The notes under the pieces are model-generated. The model did no database searches and was not told the origin of the DNA. It worked only from the letters and a program-made list of their open reading frames with translations. A program made the translations under genes and the position numbers. Source: an uncultured Planctomycetia bacterium (GTDB lineage: Bacteria; Planctomycetota; Planctomycetia; Pirellulales; Thermoguttaceae). Taken from it: a stretch of DNA of 64,000 nucleotides. This document shows, piece by piece, positions 39,943-49,441 of this stretch (the stretch's first letter is position 1; each line of letters begins with the position of its first letter). Location: positions 66,250-130,249 of the forward strand of contig CAVRDP010000030.1 in the NCBI GenBank assembly GCA_963719885.1. The letters are read 5' to 3'.

Positions 39943-40841
39943 GGCCGGTCTCCTTCTCGTGCGGCAATCTGCCCCACATCGTCTGTAGCCAGCCACTGGC
40001 GGATCTGTTGCTCCGCCTCGGCCACGGTCAAAGGGATCGTACCGACCGGCAGCCCATTGCGGTCTTGAAGCTGGTGGAACAACTGGGCAACCAGCGGAAT
40101 CCGCAGGCCGGCCTGGGCGACTCGTTGGGGATCGGCAAGGACTTCATGCGGGATGCCTTCCTGCCACACGCTTCCCCGGGCAAGAACATAAATGCGGTCG
40201 GCCAGGACGGGCAGCAAATCCACGCAGTGGGTTGCGATGATCAACGTGACATTCTGTTGGCGATTGAGCTGGACAAGAAGGTCGATCATCTGCGATTCGC
40301 CCACCGGATCCAGGCCCGCGGTCGGCTCGTCCAGCAGCAAAATCTCCGCTTGCATGGCAAGCACGCCGGCCAAACAGACGCGTTTCTGTTGGCCGTAGCT
40401 GAGATGGTGGATCGGACGCTTGCCCAGCGCGAGGGCATCGACCGCGGCCAGCGATTGCTCGACGCGATCGGCCACCTCGGCCTCGGAAAGCCCCTGGTTG
40501 CGTGGACCGAAGGCCACGTCCTCTTCCACCGAGGCTGCGAAAAGCTGGTCGGCCGGATTCTGGAAAACCATACCCACCCGGCGGTACAGTTCGCTCTGTC
40601 GCAGGTTGCCAGCGTCGTCCGCTCCCAGAAGCACTTCCCCGCGCTCGGGCTGGAGCAGGCGCATGAGCACCTTCAAGAGGGTTGTCTTGCCCGAGCCGTT
40701 GGCACCCATGACGGCCACGAGTTCGCCCTCCAACGCGCGGAAGGAAAGGTCCACGAGCGCCTGAATTCCGCCGGGATATGCGAAAGAGACGTTTCGGGCT
40801 TCGATGGCTGTTGGGCCGATAATGCGATTCACAGAGGCCAC
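39939..40841 (-). CDS. cbiO: Cobalt ECF transporter ATPase
   Basis: Walker A GANGSGKTT, signature LSYGQQKRV, Walker B ILLLDEPTAGLD. Overlaps the cbiQ stop. Confidence 0.9.
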   Translation of the reverse strand: MASVNRIIGPTAIEARNVSFAYPGGIQALVDLSFRALEGELVAVMGANGSGKTTLLKVLMRLLQPERGEVLLGADDAGNLRQSELYRRVGMVFQNPADQLFAASVEEDVAFGPRNQGLSEAEVADRVEQSLAAVDALALGKRPIHHLSYGQQKRVCLAGVLAMQAEILLLDEPTAGLDPVGESQMIDLLVQLNRQQNVTLIIATHCVDLLPVLADRIYVLARGSVWQEGIPHEVLADPQRVAQAGLRIPLVAQLFHQLQDRNGLPVGTIPLTVAEAEQQIRQWLATDDVGQIAAREGDRP

Positions 40842-41615
40842 CTCTCTGCCAGGATGTATGCCGCAATAATGACCGTCACCCCGCTGCAGGCAAATGCCAC
40901 TTGGCGCCAGGGCAACCGCGGCATGGCAGGCAGAGGCAAGTGTCCCCGATAACCGCGGGCCGTCATGGCCTCATGCGACTTCTCGGCCTGATCCAACGAG
41001 CGGAGGACGACCATCCCCGCCAGGTTCCCCAGCGATTGAAACGATCGCCGCATGTCCGCTGTAGCCCAGGCGGACCCTCTGCGCCGCCGTGATGCAAACG
41101 GATTGCTCAAGGAAGACGTGCAGGTAGCGATACATGAGCACTGCGATTTCGATCCACGTCCGCGGTACCCTGGCCCAGCGCAATGCGGCGAGGATTTCCG
41201 CAACGGACGCGCCCTGGCATAAGAGCATTACGATTCCGAACGAGCCGAGCACGCGGCTGGCGATCAAGGCTCCCGCCCGGAAGCCTTCGCGGCTGGCCGT
41301 CAAGCGACAGAAACCGAGATCGATCGTGGCCATCGGCGTGGCGCCTGTCATGAACGTCTGCATCAGCAACACAAGGGCCGCAATTGCCGCCGGTCCCATC
41401 AGCCGGTACATGAGGACCTTTGGCGGGGTGCGCACGGCGGCCAGGCCGGCCAGCGAGCACCCCAGCGCAATCAATCCGAACCCAATGTACGTCGACGCCA
41501 CGGTCGCCACGACGGCCGCCAGGGCCACGATCAAGCGGACACGAATGTCGCAGCCCGCCAGCAGAATGCTGCTGGACCCGGATCCGCGCGAACGAAACTC
41601 GTGAAAGTGGTGCAT
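40829..41615 (-). CDS. cbiQ: Cobalt ECF transporter T component; one frameshift as assembled (~41050)
   Basis: ORF 40971..41615 (multi-TM, ...AQRVRLGYS) joins ORF 40829..41203 (ADMRRSFQSLGNLAGMVVLRSLDQAEKSHEAMTARGYRG). Confidence 0.8.
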
Positions 41616-41638
41616 GATCGCCTTCTTAGAAAAGAAGA

Positions 41639-41678
41639 TGGTAGAAAGGAAAATGAGTTCATTTTCCTTTCTACCATT
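41639..41678. repeat. AT-rich perfect 19-bp palindrome in the cbiN-cbiQ gap
   Basis: ATGGTAGAAAGGAAAATGA-gt-TCATTTTCCTTTCTACCAT, followed by further TTTTCCTTTCT repeats. Confidence 0.9.
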
Positions 41679-41687
41679 TTCCTTTCT

Positions 41688-41924
41688 TCAATCTTCCTTT
41701 TGCTTCTTGCTAACTTCGTTTGCGGCCCGTTTTCGCGGTGGGAAGAGCCCGCGGAACGTGTAACCGATGATGAACCCGCCGATCACGCCGGCCAGCAGGA
41801 ACATGAAGAGCAGCAAGTCGCCTTGCTCGGTATTGATATAGGGCTCCCGCGCCGGGTGCCCGGCATCGGCGGCCACCTTTTCTACCAAATCGTCCAGGCC
41901 TTGCCAATTCGTCGCGTAGATCAT
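41688..41924 (-). CDS. cbiN: CbiN-like small cobalt-transport membrane protein
   Basis: ATG at 41924 (ATGA overlap with the cbiM stop). ...QGDLLLFMFLLAGVIGGFIIGYTF resembles the CbiN C-terminal helix. Position between cbiM and cbiQ fits. Confidence 0.65.
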   Translation of the reverse strand: MIYATNWQGLDDLVEKVAADAGHPAREPYINTEQGDLLLFMFLLAGVIGGFIIGYTFRGLFPPRKRAANEVSKKQKED

Positions 41925-42694
41925 GCGTCGGCTCCTGTGGGTTGCTCCAAACCGGCACCGGCTTCGAGCGATTCCAGCGGGAGGCAATCGTCGCGGCCAA
42001 CATCGGGATCAAGATTGTGCGAATCCGCGCGTACCCCGAGCAAGTCTGGCCGGCGGTTCAGGACAAAACGGTAAGCCAAAGCCGTGACCACCCCCTCGGC
42101 AATGCCCAGGGGAACTTGCGTGGGAGCGAACAAGGCGATCATAAAGGCGAACATGCCCCAAAAGGAACCATGGTTGCGCAGGACCGCGGCGAGTTCCACG
42201 GAGGTCATGGCGTAGGTAGCCCAGTCGGAGGCGATCCCGGCTGCCAGTGCAGCGGCGAAGATCGGGACCCTCATCCTCCGCAGAACATGAAACAGGCCAT
42301 AAGCGCTAAAGGCCCCGACCACGCCCATGGATACGATATTCCCGCCCAAGGTCGTCAATCCGCCATGGGCCAGGAACAGGGCTTGAAACAGGAGGGCGAT
42401 GCTGGCCACGACGACTGTCGGCCCCGGGCCGATCAAGAGGGCCCCCAGGCCCGTGCCGCAGGGATGTGAGCACGTGCCGTGTTGGCTGAGCGAAGGAATG
42501 GGTATGGGCGTGCAGGAGATGACGAAGATTGCCGCTCCCACCATTGCCACCAGGGTCATGGCGCGGGGATCTTCCCTGCGCCGCCGATCGATGGTCCGCA
42601 ACCCCCAGAAGACGAAAGGCGCCGCCACCAGGAACCACAGGCTCGCCCAGTCGATCGGCAGGATTCCTTCGGAGATGTGCATGGCATAAAGCAT
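41921..42694 (-). CDS. cbiM: Cobalt ECF transporter substrate-capture component
   Basis: GAGGAG upstream of the ATG at 42694. MLYAMHISEGILP contains the conserved MHIxEG N-terminus. Multi-TM. Confidence 0.85.
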   Translation of the reverse strand: MLYAMHISEGILPIDWASLWFLVAAPFVFWGLRTIDRRRREDPRAMTLVAMVGAAIFVISCTPIPIPSLSQHGTCSHPCGTGLGALLIGPGPTVVVASIALLFQALFLAHGGLTTLGGNIVSMGVVGAFSAYGLFHVLRRMRVPIFAAALAAGIASDWATYAMTSVELAAVLRNHGSFWGMFAFMIALFAPTQVPLGIAEGVVTALAYRFVLNRRPDLLGVRADSHNLDPDVGRDDCLPLESLEAGAGLEQPTGADA

Positions 42695-42696
42695 AA

Positions 42697-43699
42697 TTAT
42701 TTCTCCTCGCCGAGCGTGGCCAGGGCGTTGACGGCCGCCGCCGCCACCGAGCTGCCGCCGCGCGGGCTGGTGTTGGTAATCGAACAAAGGTCGCTCTCCC
42801 ATAACGCCAGTTTCGATTCCCTGGCGCCGACGAAGCCGACAGGCAGCCCGACGACCAGGGCCGGACGATGGCCGCCGTTGCGGGCGAGTTCCATGACTTT
42901 CCAGAGCGCGGTCGGCGCGTTTCCGATGGCCACGATCGCGCCCTCGATACGCGGCGCCAGCAGTTCCATGGCCGCCGCCGCCCGCGTACATCCCCTGCTT
43001 CGGGCCAAGGCGGCGACCTCGGGGCGATCGAGCGCAGCAGAGGATTTCGCCGCGGACCTTCGTCATACCCGCCTGGAGCATCTTGACATCGCAGACGATC
43101 GGCTTGCCTGCGGCCAATGCCGCAAGCCCACGCTGGATGGCCTGCGGATGAATCCGCAGCGTGCGGGCGAAGGAGATATCGGCCGTGGCATGGACCACGC
43201 GGCGAACAATTCGCCGCGCCCCGGTATCGGCGGGACCCCAATCGCCAAGTTGCCGGTCGATGATCTCGTAGCTTCGCCGCTCGATGGCCGCTCCGTCGCT
43301 CGGTAGGCATGGGCTGCTATCCGTGTATGGCGTGAGCCGTTCCACCAGCAAGTCCTCTAGCGCAGGATCGTTTTCCAGCGTGGGCAGCAGTTCCAGCGCG
43401 ACCTGCGGGCATCGCCGGCGGCACTCATCCAAGAGCGCGGGAATATCGACGGTCACATGCTGGCCGGAATAAAGAAAATAGGGCATCGAGAAGACGCGAC
43501 GCACTCCGCCAGCCGCCATGGCAAGCACCTGATCTGGGATATCGGGTCGGGTAATGGAAAAGAAGGCCGGTGCCACCTCAGCCCCTTGCAATCGCGATGC
43601 CACGCGCGCGACCATGGCCTGAAAGCCCTGGTTTGCCTCGGCACGAGGGCTGCCATGACTGATAATAAGGATGCCGGTTGCGTTTGCCGCGTCGCTCAT
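42697..43699 (-). CDS. cbiX/cbiC: Apparent CbiX(small)-CbiC fusion (sirohydrochlorin cobaltochelatase + cobalt-precorrin-8 methylmutase); one frameshift in the CbiC part (~43030)
   Basis: N-terminus ILIISHGSPRAEANQGF...MPYFLYSGQHV (CbiX). Then IERRSYEIIDRQL...VVHATADISF...IVCDVKMLQAGM (CbiC). After the frame switch the reading continues in ORF 42697..43008 (GAIVAIGNAPTAL...PALVVGLPVGFVGARESK). Confidence 0.8.
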
Positions 43700-45133
43700 G
43701 GTCGTTTCTCACAGCAAGAGAGGAAGTGGTGAATTGCCTCGGGCCGGGATGCCCAATGCAGGTGTACGTAGCCGGCCAAAACCCGTCCCCGGCAAAACCC
43801 TTCCAGGGCGGGTTCGGCCCGTCGGCGGCAAACCGTGTAAGCCGGTTGCCAACCGCCCGCCGGGCCATCTTGGGTGGTGATTTGCGGAATAATGGAACTC
43901 GTGTCCGCGTACGATCTCTTCCGCCGCTCCCCATAGCGAATCGGCTGCCCACTGGATCTCCGTATAGCCCAGCACCTTGAGCTTCTCCAGCATGGCCGTC
44001 TCGATGGGCAACACGCCGGCCAACAGATACCGCACGCCGTCCAAGGTGGTCAGGGCTTGGCCAAGGTACATCAGCCCGCCACACTCGGCATAGACGAGGC
44101 CTCCCGCGGCGGCGAACTCGCGGACGGCGGCCAACATTCCCAAGTTAGCGCTCAAGCGGGCGGCATGGACCTCGGGATAACCGCCGCCGAAGTAAAGCCC
44201 ATCCAGCTCCGCGGGCAGGCCCACGTCGGCCAGTGGCGAGAACGGCACCCACTGGACGCCGGCCCGCGCCAGCGATTCCAAGTTGTCGGGATAGTAGAAG
44301 TGGAAGGCTTCGTCCCGGGCAATTCCCAGGCGGAGGTTGGCCTGTAGGGAACGCCCTCCGTGGCGTTCCGAATTAGGGGCGATCGTCTCCTTCACGGAAC
44401 GCCGCGGAGGGCGTTCCCTACAGTCGTGACACACGTCGCCGCTCCCCGCCAATTCCAAAATCGCCGGCACGTCCAGGTATTGACCACAGGCATCGGCCAA
44501 CTGATCGAGGATTCCGGCCGAAAGGTTCGCTTGCTCGGCGGTCACCAACCCCAAATGCCGGCTAGGCAACGTGGGCAGCGATCCGCGGGGCAACATGCCC
44601 ACCAGCGGTGGCGATGAGGCACCCGCCAACGATTCCGACAGCCAGGCGCGGTGCCGCTCGGAGCCGCCCTGGTTGGCGATCACCCCCGCCACGCGGACGC
44701 CCGGCTCGAAGCGGGCAAAACCTTGGACCGTCGCCGCCAGGCTGCGGGCCGCTCCATGCGCATTGACCACCAACAGCACCGGTGCGTCGAGCCACAGCGC
44801 GATCTCGGCCGTACTACCCTCGAGAGTGCTTGGCGAAGCGCCGTCGAACATGCCCATCACGCCTTCGATAATCGCGAGGTCGGCATCGGCCGTTGCCCGC
44901 ACGAACAACTCGCACACATATTCGCGCGAGGTCATCCATCCGTCGAGGTTGTAGCAGGTGCGGCCGGAGGCCATGGCCAGGTAACTCGGGTCGAGGAAGT
45001 CGGGCCCGACTTTGAAGGTCTGCACGCGCAATCCTTGTCGCACAAGCCGCCGTGCCAGTCCCAGCGCAAGTGACGTCTTTCCCACGCCACTGCCGGTTCC
45101 GGCAATCACCAGTCGGGGACAAACGGAACTCAT
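43696..45133 (-). CDS. cbiA: Cobyrinate a,c-diamide synthase; one frameshift as assembled (~43890) and an in-frame repeat insertion
   Basis: ATG at 45133 (MSSVCPRLVIAGTGSGVGKTSLALGL...FKVGPDFLDPSY). GATase part has IARDEAFHFYYPDN...YAECGGLMYL...RGHEFHYS. The true C-terminus lies in another frame (GWQPAYTV...LEGFCRGRVLAGYVHLHWASRPEAIHHF) and ends at a TGA overlapping the cbiX ATG. Confidence 0.85.
44342..44423. repeat. GTAGGGAACGCC...GGCGTTCCCTAC palindromic element inside cbiA
   Basis: CTGTAGGGAACGCCCTCCGTGGCGTTCCG ... CGGAACGCCGCGGAGGGCGTTCCCTACAG. Translated in frame as RERPPRRSVKETIAPNSERHGGRSLQ. Confidence 0.85.
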
Positions 45134-45657
45134 CGCTCGACTCCTTCCTGGGCGGCCCGCCCGGCTTGCAGGCCGTGCTTGAGGCATCGCATTTCCGTGA
45201 CGGTATCGGCCAAGGCGATCAAGGCGGGAGTCGCGTAGCGGCCCGTGAGCACCAGGCACGTCTCCGGCGGGGCCTGGGCCAGGAGTTCCGCCACTTCGTG
45301 TTCCTCAAGCAATCCACGGGCGACGGCCAGACAGATCTCGTCGAGGATTACCAGCGGGAACTGCCCACGGGCCAGGATTTCCGCCGCCTTGCGCAAGCCG
45401 GTTTGCGCCGCCGCCCGATGCTCGACGAAACGCGGATCATCGACCGGTGGCAGGAATCCCAGCCCCGTCGTATGGATCTCAATGTTCGCGGAAGCCGCCG
45501 CGGCGGCAACTTCGCCTACGGACGTGTCGCTCTTGATGAACTGGATGACGTTGGACCGCAGGCCATGACCGCTGGCGCGGAAAGCCATGCCCAAGGCGGC
45601 CGTGGTCTTGCCCTTGCCGTCGCCCGTGAAAATCAGGATCCGCGGTTTCTGGCTCAT
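45130..45657 (-). CDS. cobO: Cob(I)yrinic acid a,c-diamide adenosyltransferase
   Basis: ATG at 45657 (ATGA overlap with the cbiB stop). ILIFTGDGKGKTTAALGMAFRASGHG...VIQFIK...LVILDEI...LVLTGR. Intact. Confidence 0.9.
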   Translation of the reverse strand: MSQKPRILIFTGDGKGKTTAALGMAFRASGHGLRSNVIQFIKSDTSVGEVAAAAASANIEIHTTGLGFLPPVDDPRFVEHRAAAQTGLRKAAEILARGQFPLVILDEICLAVARGLLEEHEVAELLAQAPPETCLVLTGRYATPALIALADTVTEMRCLKHGLQAGRAAQEGVER

Positions 45658-46748
45658 GCGCTGGTCCCCCACACTTGCCATAGATTTACTGCCCCCGCCC
45701 GCAGCAGCAGGCATGCCACCAGAAACAACGCGCTGGTCCACAGCATCGAGAGAGTGGCGCACACGATGTGGCACCGCGACAAGGGCATGAGCGGGTCGCC
45801 GATCGTGGGCTTTTCCAGCGGCTGGCCGTCGTAATAATTCACCCCGCCCAACTGCACGCCCAGGGCGCCGGCCATGGCGGCTTCAGCGAGACCGGCGTTC
45901 GGACTGGCGTGCTTCCGCCCGTCTCGGAGCAGGATGCGTAGCGCGTGCCGCGCCGAGAGGATCGAAGCCCGCGCCGCCGCCAGGCACATCAAAGGGGCCG
46001 TGAGCCGGGCGGGGAGATAGTTGGCCAAATCGTCGATCCGCGCCGCCGCCCAGCCGAAATGCCGGTAGCGGTCATCCTGGTGCCCGAACATCGAATCCAG
46101 CGTGTTCACCGCCCGATAGACCATCGCCCCTACGGGACCGGCAATCGCGGCGAAGAACAGCGGGGCCGTCACTCCGTCCACCGTGCTCTCGGCGACGCTT
46201 TCCACGGCGGCCCGGACCACGCCTGCTTCGTCGAGTTGCTGCGTGTCGCGGCCGACGATTTTCGCGACCCGTCGCCGGGCCTCGTCGAGGTCGCTGGCAA
46301 CCAAGGCACTAAAGACCGCCATGCTATGCCGGGCCAGGTCGTGCGCGGCAATGGTCATGTAGATAACGAAGATCGACACCGCATCGGCCGCCCACGGATG
46401 CACCGCGGCCGCTAGATGAATCGCTGCCCACGTTGCCAGGCCAACCAGAATATACGTAGTGAGCGCCGCCAACAGGCCTGCAATTCGCGTCGCCTCCGCC
46501 TGGCACAAGAAAGGTAGCAGGCACACTCCGTGTGCCGTCCGCCCTACTGCCCCAGCCAAAGGTTCATTTTCAGAAGCCGAAGGCTGCTGGCGGACGGCAC
46601 ACGGAGTGTGCCTGCTACTTTGCCGCGACAAAGTTTCCAGCCAAAGCGCCAGCCGCCCGATGCCGCGGACCGGGTGCGGCAACCATCGCGGATCACCGAG
46701 GATCAGGTCGATGGCAAAGGCACTCAGGATTTGATATTCGAGTCTCAT
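45654..46748 (-). CDS. cbiB: Adenosylcobinamide-phosphate synthase, with an in-frame ~36-codon repeat insertion
   Basis: AIDLILGDPRWLPHPVRGIGRL...IVGRDT...ESTVDGVTAPLFF...YRAVNTLDSMFGH...ARIDDLANYLPARL...SPNAG. Frame intact. Confidence 0.9.
   Translation of the reverse strand: MRLEYQILSAFAIDLILGDPRWLPHPVRGIGRLALWLETLSRQSSRHTPCAVRQQPSASENEPLAGAVGRTAHGVCLLPFLCQAEATRIAGLLAALTTYILVGLATWAAIHLAAAVHPWAADAVSIFVIYMTIAAHDLARHSMAVFSALVASDLDEARRRVAKIVGRDTQQLDEAGVVRAAVESVAESTVDGVTAPLFFAAIAGPVGAMVYRAVNTLDSMFGHQDDRYRHFGWAAARIDDLANYLPARLTAPLMCLAAARASILSARHALRILLRDGRKHASPNAGLAEAAMAGALGVQLGGVNYYDGQPLEKPTIGDPLMPLSRCHIVCATLSMLWTSALFLVACLLLRAGAVNLWQVWGTSA
46513..46620. repeat. AGCAGGCACACTCCGTGTGCCGTCCGCC palindromic element inside cbiB
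   Basis: GGTAGCAGGCACACTCCGTGTGCCGTCCGCC ... GGCGGACGGCACACGGAGTGTGCCTGCTACT. 108 nt. Translated as SSRHTPCAVRQ...GRTAHGVCLL. Confidence 0.9.
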
Positions 46749-49438
46749 CAGAAACCCATAAGCCGGTAGACTTCGTCCATTCGTATACTCTCACGCACCA
46801 CTTCCGCCAGGCGATCCAAGGCCGGCTCGATGTCGTAGCGGCCGATCACCTTTCCCACGGGCGCTAGGCCGCGCCGCACGCGCAAACCATCGATGAACCA
46901 GCGGCGGAAGGCGTCGCAATCGAACAGACCGTGCAGGTACGTACCCCAAACTCTATGACCATGGTCGGCAATGCCGATGGTCTGGCCGTCGTCGCGAGTT
47001 ATCATCGGATCACAATCGTCAAAGATTGTTTGCCCGTGATGGATCTCGTAGCCGCTCAGTCTGAAGCCGGAAAGGAGATGCCGGGCGGTGGTCGCGACCA
47101 GCGTTTTCTCGGCTGCCATCACCGTGTCGGCGGCGAGCAGTCCCAACCCGCGGGAGTACCCGTGGGATTTCTCGCCCGCCGATTCGATGCCAAGTGGGTC
47201 GCGGATTTCGCGGCCCAGCATCTGCAGTCCGCCGCAAATTCCGATGACCTCCCCCCTGCCCTCCCGGGCCAAGGCGGTTATCCGCTCGGCCAATCCGCTG
47301 CGACGGAGATAATCCAGGTCGCCCAACGTGTTCTTGCTGCCGGGGATGATTACGGCATCCGGGGAATTCAGGTCCGCCGCGGTGCGAATGATTCGCAACC
47401 GCACGTCAGATTCCGTGCGGAAGGCGTCGAAATCGGTGAAGTTCGCGATGTGCGGCAAGTCGAGCACCGCGATCTCGACGGCGTCTTCGTTTCCGGCCGC
47501 TTGATCGAGCGCGCCGCTCTTGAATTCGACCGAATCTTCCTGGGGAAGACCGAGTTGGGCAAGATACGGTACCACGCCGAACACGGGCCGGCCTGTGTGC
47601 CGCAACGTATAGTCCAGCGCGGGACCCAGCAAACTTGCGTCGCCGCGAAAACGATTGACGACCCAGCCGGCGACCCGCTTGCGTTCCCAGGGGGCAAGCA
47701 CTTCCATCGTGCCGACGAACGAAGCAAACACGCCGCCGCGATCGATGTCGCCGACTACGAGCACGGGGGCGGCCGCATACTCGGCCATCCGCATGTTGAC
47801 GATGTCATGACTCTTCAGGTTCACTTCGCCGGGCGAGCCGGCGCCCTCCAAGACCATCGCGTCGAACTCCTCAGCCAGCGAGTCGTAGCACTGTTTTGCG
47901 GCGGCAAAGGCCTGCGGCTTGTAGGCTACGTACTCGCCGACTCGCATGTTTCCCACGGGCTTGCCCCGCACAATGACCTGGCAGCCGGTGTCCGAATTGG
48001 GTTTGAGGAGGATGGGGTTCATCCGCACATCGGGCTCCAGGCGGCAGGCCTGGGCCTGTACGACCTGGGCGCGGCCCATCTCGCCGCCGTTGCGGTCAAT
48101 GAACGAATTGAGCGACATGTTTTGGGCCTTGAACGGCGCCACGCGGATGCCGTCCTGGAACAGAATCCGGCATAAGGCCGCCGTCAACACGCTCTTGCCG
48201 GCATTGGAACTCGTGCCTTGAAGCATGAGGGCCGGCGTCTGCCGACATTTGCAAAATGAATTTGCACGATTTGCGTAGGGTGGGACAAGATCCGGGGTAC
48301 CCGCGCCGTGGGTCGGCGAGCGCCGGCCCACCAATTCTTGCGGTTGGTGGGCCGGCGCTCGCTGCGCGATCTTGTCCCACCCTACGATTTGCTCCAGAGC
48401 CTCGCACAGCCGGCAGTTCTCTTCCTCCGTGCGCACGGCTACGCGGAAGAATCGGGTGTCGAGGTGTTGCTCCTCGTCGAAGGTGCGGATGGCAATGCCC
48501 TCGCGAAGCAGGTGATCGGCCAGATCCGAAGCCTGCATGTCGGTTCGATCCAACCGGACCAGGAGAAAGTTCGTGACGCTGGGGTAAACATGCAGCCCGG
48601 AAAGCTTCATCAGTTTCGCGGTCAGCCGCGTCCGCTGCTGGTCGACCAGGGCTATGCTCTGTCGTGCGTAGTCTTCATCGGAGAGCAAATCGATCGCAGC
48701 CTCTTGCGCCAAAACACTCACCGACCAAGGCAGGATTTGGCCTCGGATCTGCCGGACGGCCTCCGGGCAGGCCACCGCATAGCCAACGCGCAGTCCGGGG
48801 ACCGCGTAGAACTTCGTCAGCGAGCGCACGACGATCACGTTGGACGCGGTCCGCCCGGCCAAAGATGCGTAGCCCTCGATGAAATCAGCGAAGGCCTCAT
48901 CGACGACAAACGTGGTGGCGCGATGCCGGGCGGCCAGCCCGCAAAGTGCATCGCCATCCAGTGCCCGGCCCGTGGGATTGTTCGGTTGACCGAGGAGCAC
49001 GAGATCTTGTTCGCGAAGTTGACCTTCCAACGCGTGCCAGTCGAGGGCAAAGTCCTCGCTTTCCTTCAACTTCAAGAAAGAGACTTCACGGCCGGCCGCC
49101 CGCACCGCCGCGGCGTAGTCGGTGTACGAGGGCACGGGGATGACCGCGCGGGCGAAGGAAAGGGCCCGCGCCAAGGCGAAGAGAAGTTCCGTCGAGCCGT
49201 TACCGACGACGACCTGCTCTTCGGCCACGTGGTGTCGCCGTGCCAGGAACTCGACGAGGTCGCTGCAGTCGGGATCGGGATAATGCACGATCCGGTCGAT
49301 GTTCCGCGTCAGTGCCGCCCGCAGACCATCGGGTGGGCCCAGCGGATTGATGCTGGCGCTGAAATCGAGGATTTGGTCCTGGCCCCGTCCGGCCCGTTGG
49401 GCCAACTCATGCAGGTTTCCGCCGTGTGTATTTGCCAT
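46748..49438 (-). CDS. cobD/cobQ: Apparent fusion of L-threonine-phosphate decarboxylase (CobD, Salmonella naming) and cobyric acid synthase (CobQ/CbiP)
   Basis: Single intact 896-aa ORF. N-terminus is aminotransferase class I/II-like (HGGNL...NPLGPP...PNNPTGR...[15 protein letters not shown]). A linker encoded by a nested palindrome follows. Then [14 protein letters not shown]...KPNS...[10 protein letters not shown]...YEIHHG (CobQ). Confidence 0.85.
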   Translation of the reverse strand: MANTHGGNLHELAQRAGRGQDQILDFSASINPLGPPDGLRAALTRNIDRIVHYPDPDCSDLVEFLARRHHVAEEQVVVGNGSTELLFALARALSFARAVIPVPSYTDYAAAVRAAGREVSFLKLKESEDFALDWHALEGQLREQDLVLLGQPNNPTGRALDGDALCGLAARHRATTFVVDEAFADFIEGYASLAGRTASNVIVVRSLTKFYAVPGLRVGYAVACPEAVRQIRGQILPWSVSVLAQEAAIDLLSDEDYARQSIALVDQQRTRLTAKLMKLSGLHVYPSVTNFLLVRLDRTDMQASDLADHLLREGIAIRTFDEEQHLDTRFFRVAVRTEEENCRLCEALEQIVGWDKIAQRAPAHQPQELVGRRSPTHGAGTPDLVPPYANRANSFCKCRQTPALMLQGTSSNAGKSVLTAALCRILFQDGIRVAPFKAQNMSLNSFIDRNGGEMGRAQVVQAQACRLEPDVRMNPILLKPNSDTGCQVIVRGKPVGNMRVGEYVAYKPQAFAAAKQCYDSLAEEFDAMVLEGAGSPGEVNLKSHDIVNMRMAEYAAAPVLVVGDIDRGGVFASFVGTMEVLAPWERKRVAGWVVNRFRGDASLLGPALDYTLRHTGRPVFGVVPYLAQLGLPQEDSVEFKSGALDQAAGNEDAVEIAVLDLPHIANFTDFDAFRTESDVRLRIIRTAADLNSPDAVIIPGSKNTLGDLDYLRRSGLAERITALAREGRGEVIGICGGLQMLGREIRDPLGIESAGEKSHGYSRGLGLLAADTVMAAEKTLVATTARHLLSGFRLSGYEIHHGQTIFDDCDPMITRDDGQTIGIADHGHRVWGTYLHGLFDCDAFRRWFIDGLRVRRGLAPVGKVIGRYDIEPALDRLAEVVRESIRMDEVYRLMGF
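48274..48384. repeat. Nested palindromic element (111 nt) at the cobD/cobQ junction
   Basis: Outer arms GTAGGGTGGGACAAGATC / GATCTTGTCCCACCCTAC. Inner arms GCGAGCGCCGGCCCACCAA / TTGGTGGGCCGGCGCTCGC. Confidence 0.9.
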
Positions 49439-49441
49439 CGG

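Noticed and set aside
41921-43699. The 592-aa ORF read as a single CbiX-CbiC-CbiM fusion protein.
   Set aside because: The middle ~90 residues (SPRGRRLGPKQGMYAGGGG...) are an out-of-frame read-through with no stop. The true CbiC continuation is ORF 42697..43008, which ends in TAA. cbiM then has its own GAGGAG site and ATG at 42694.
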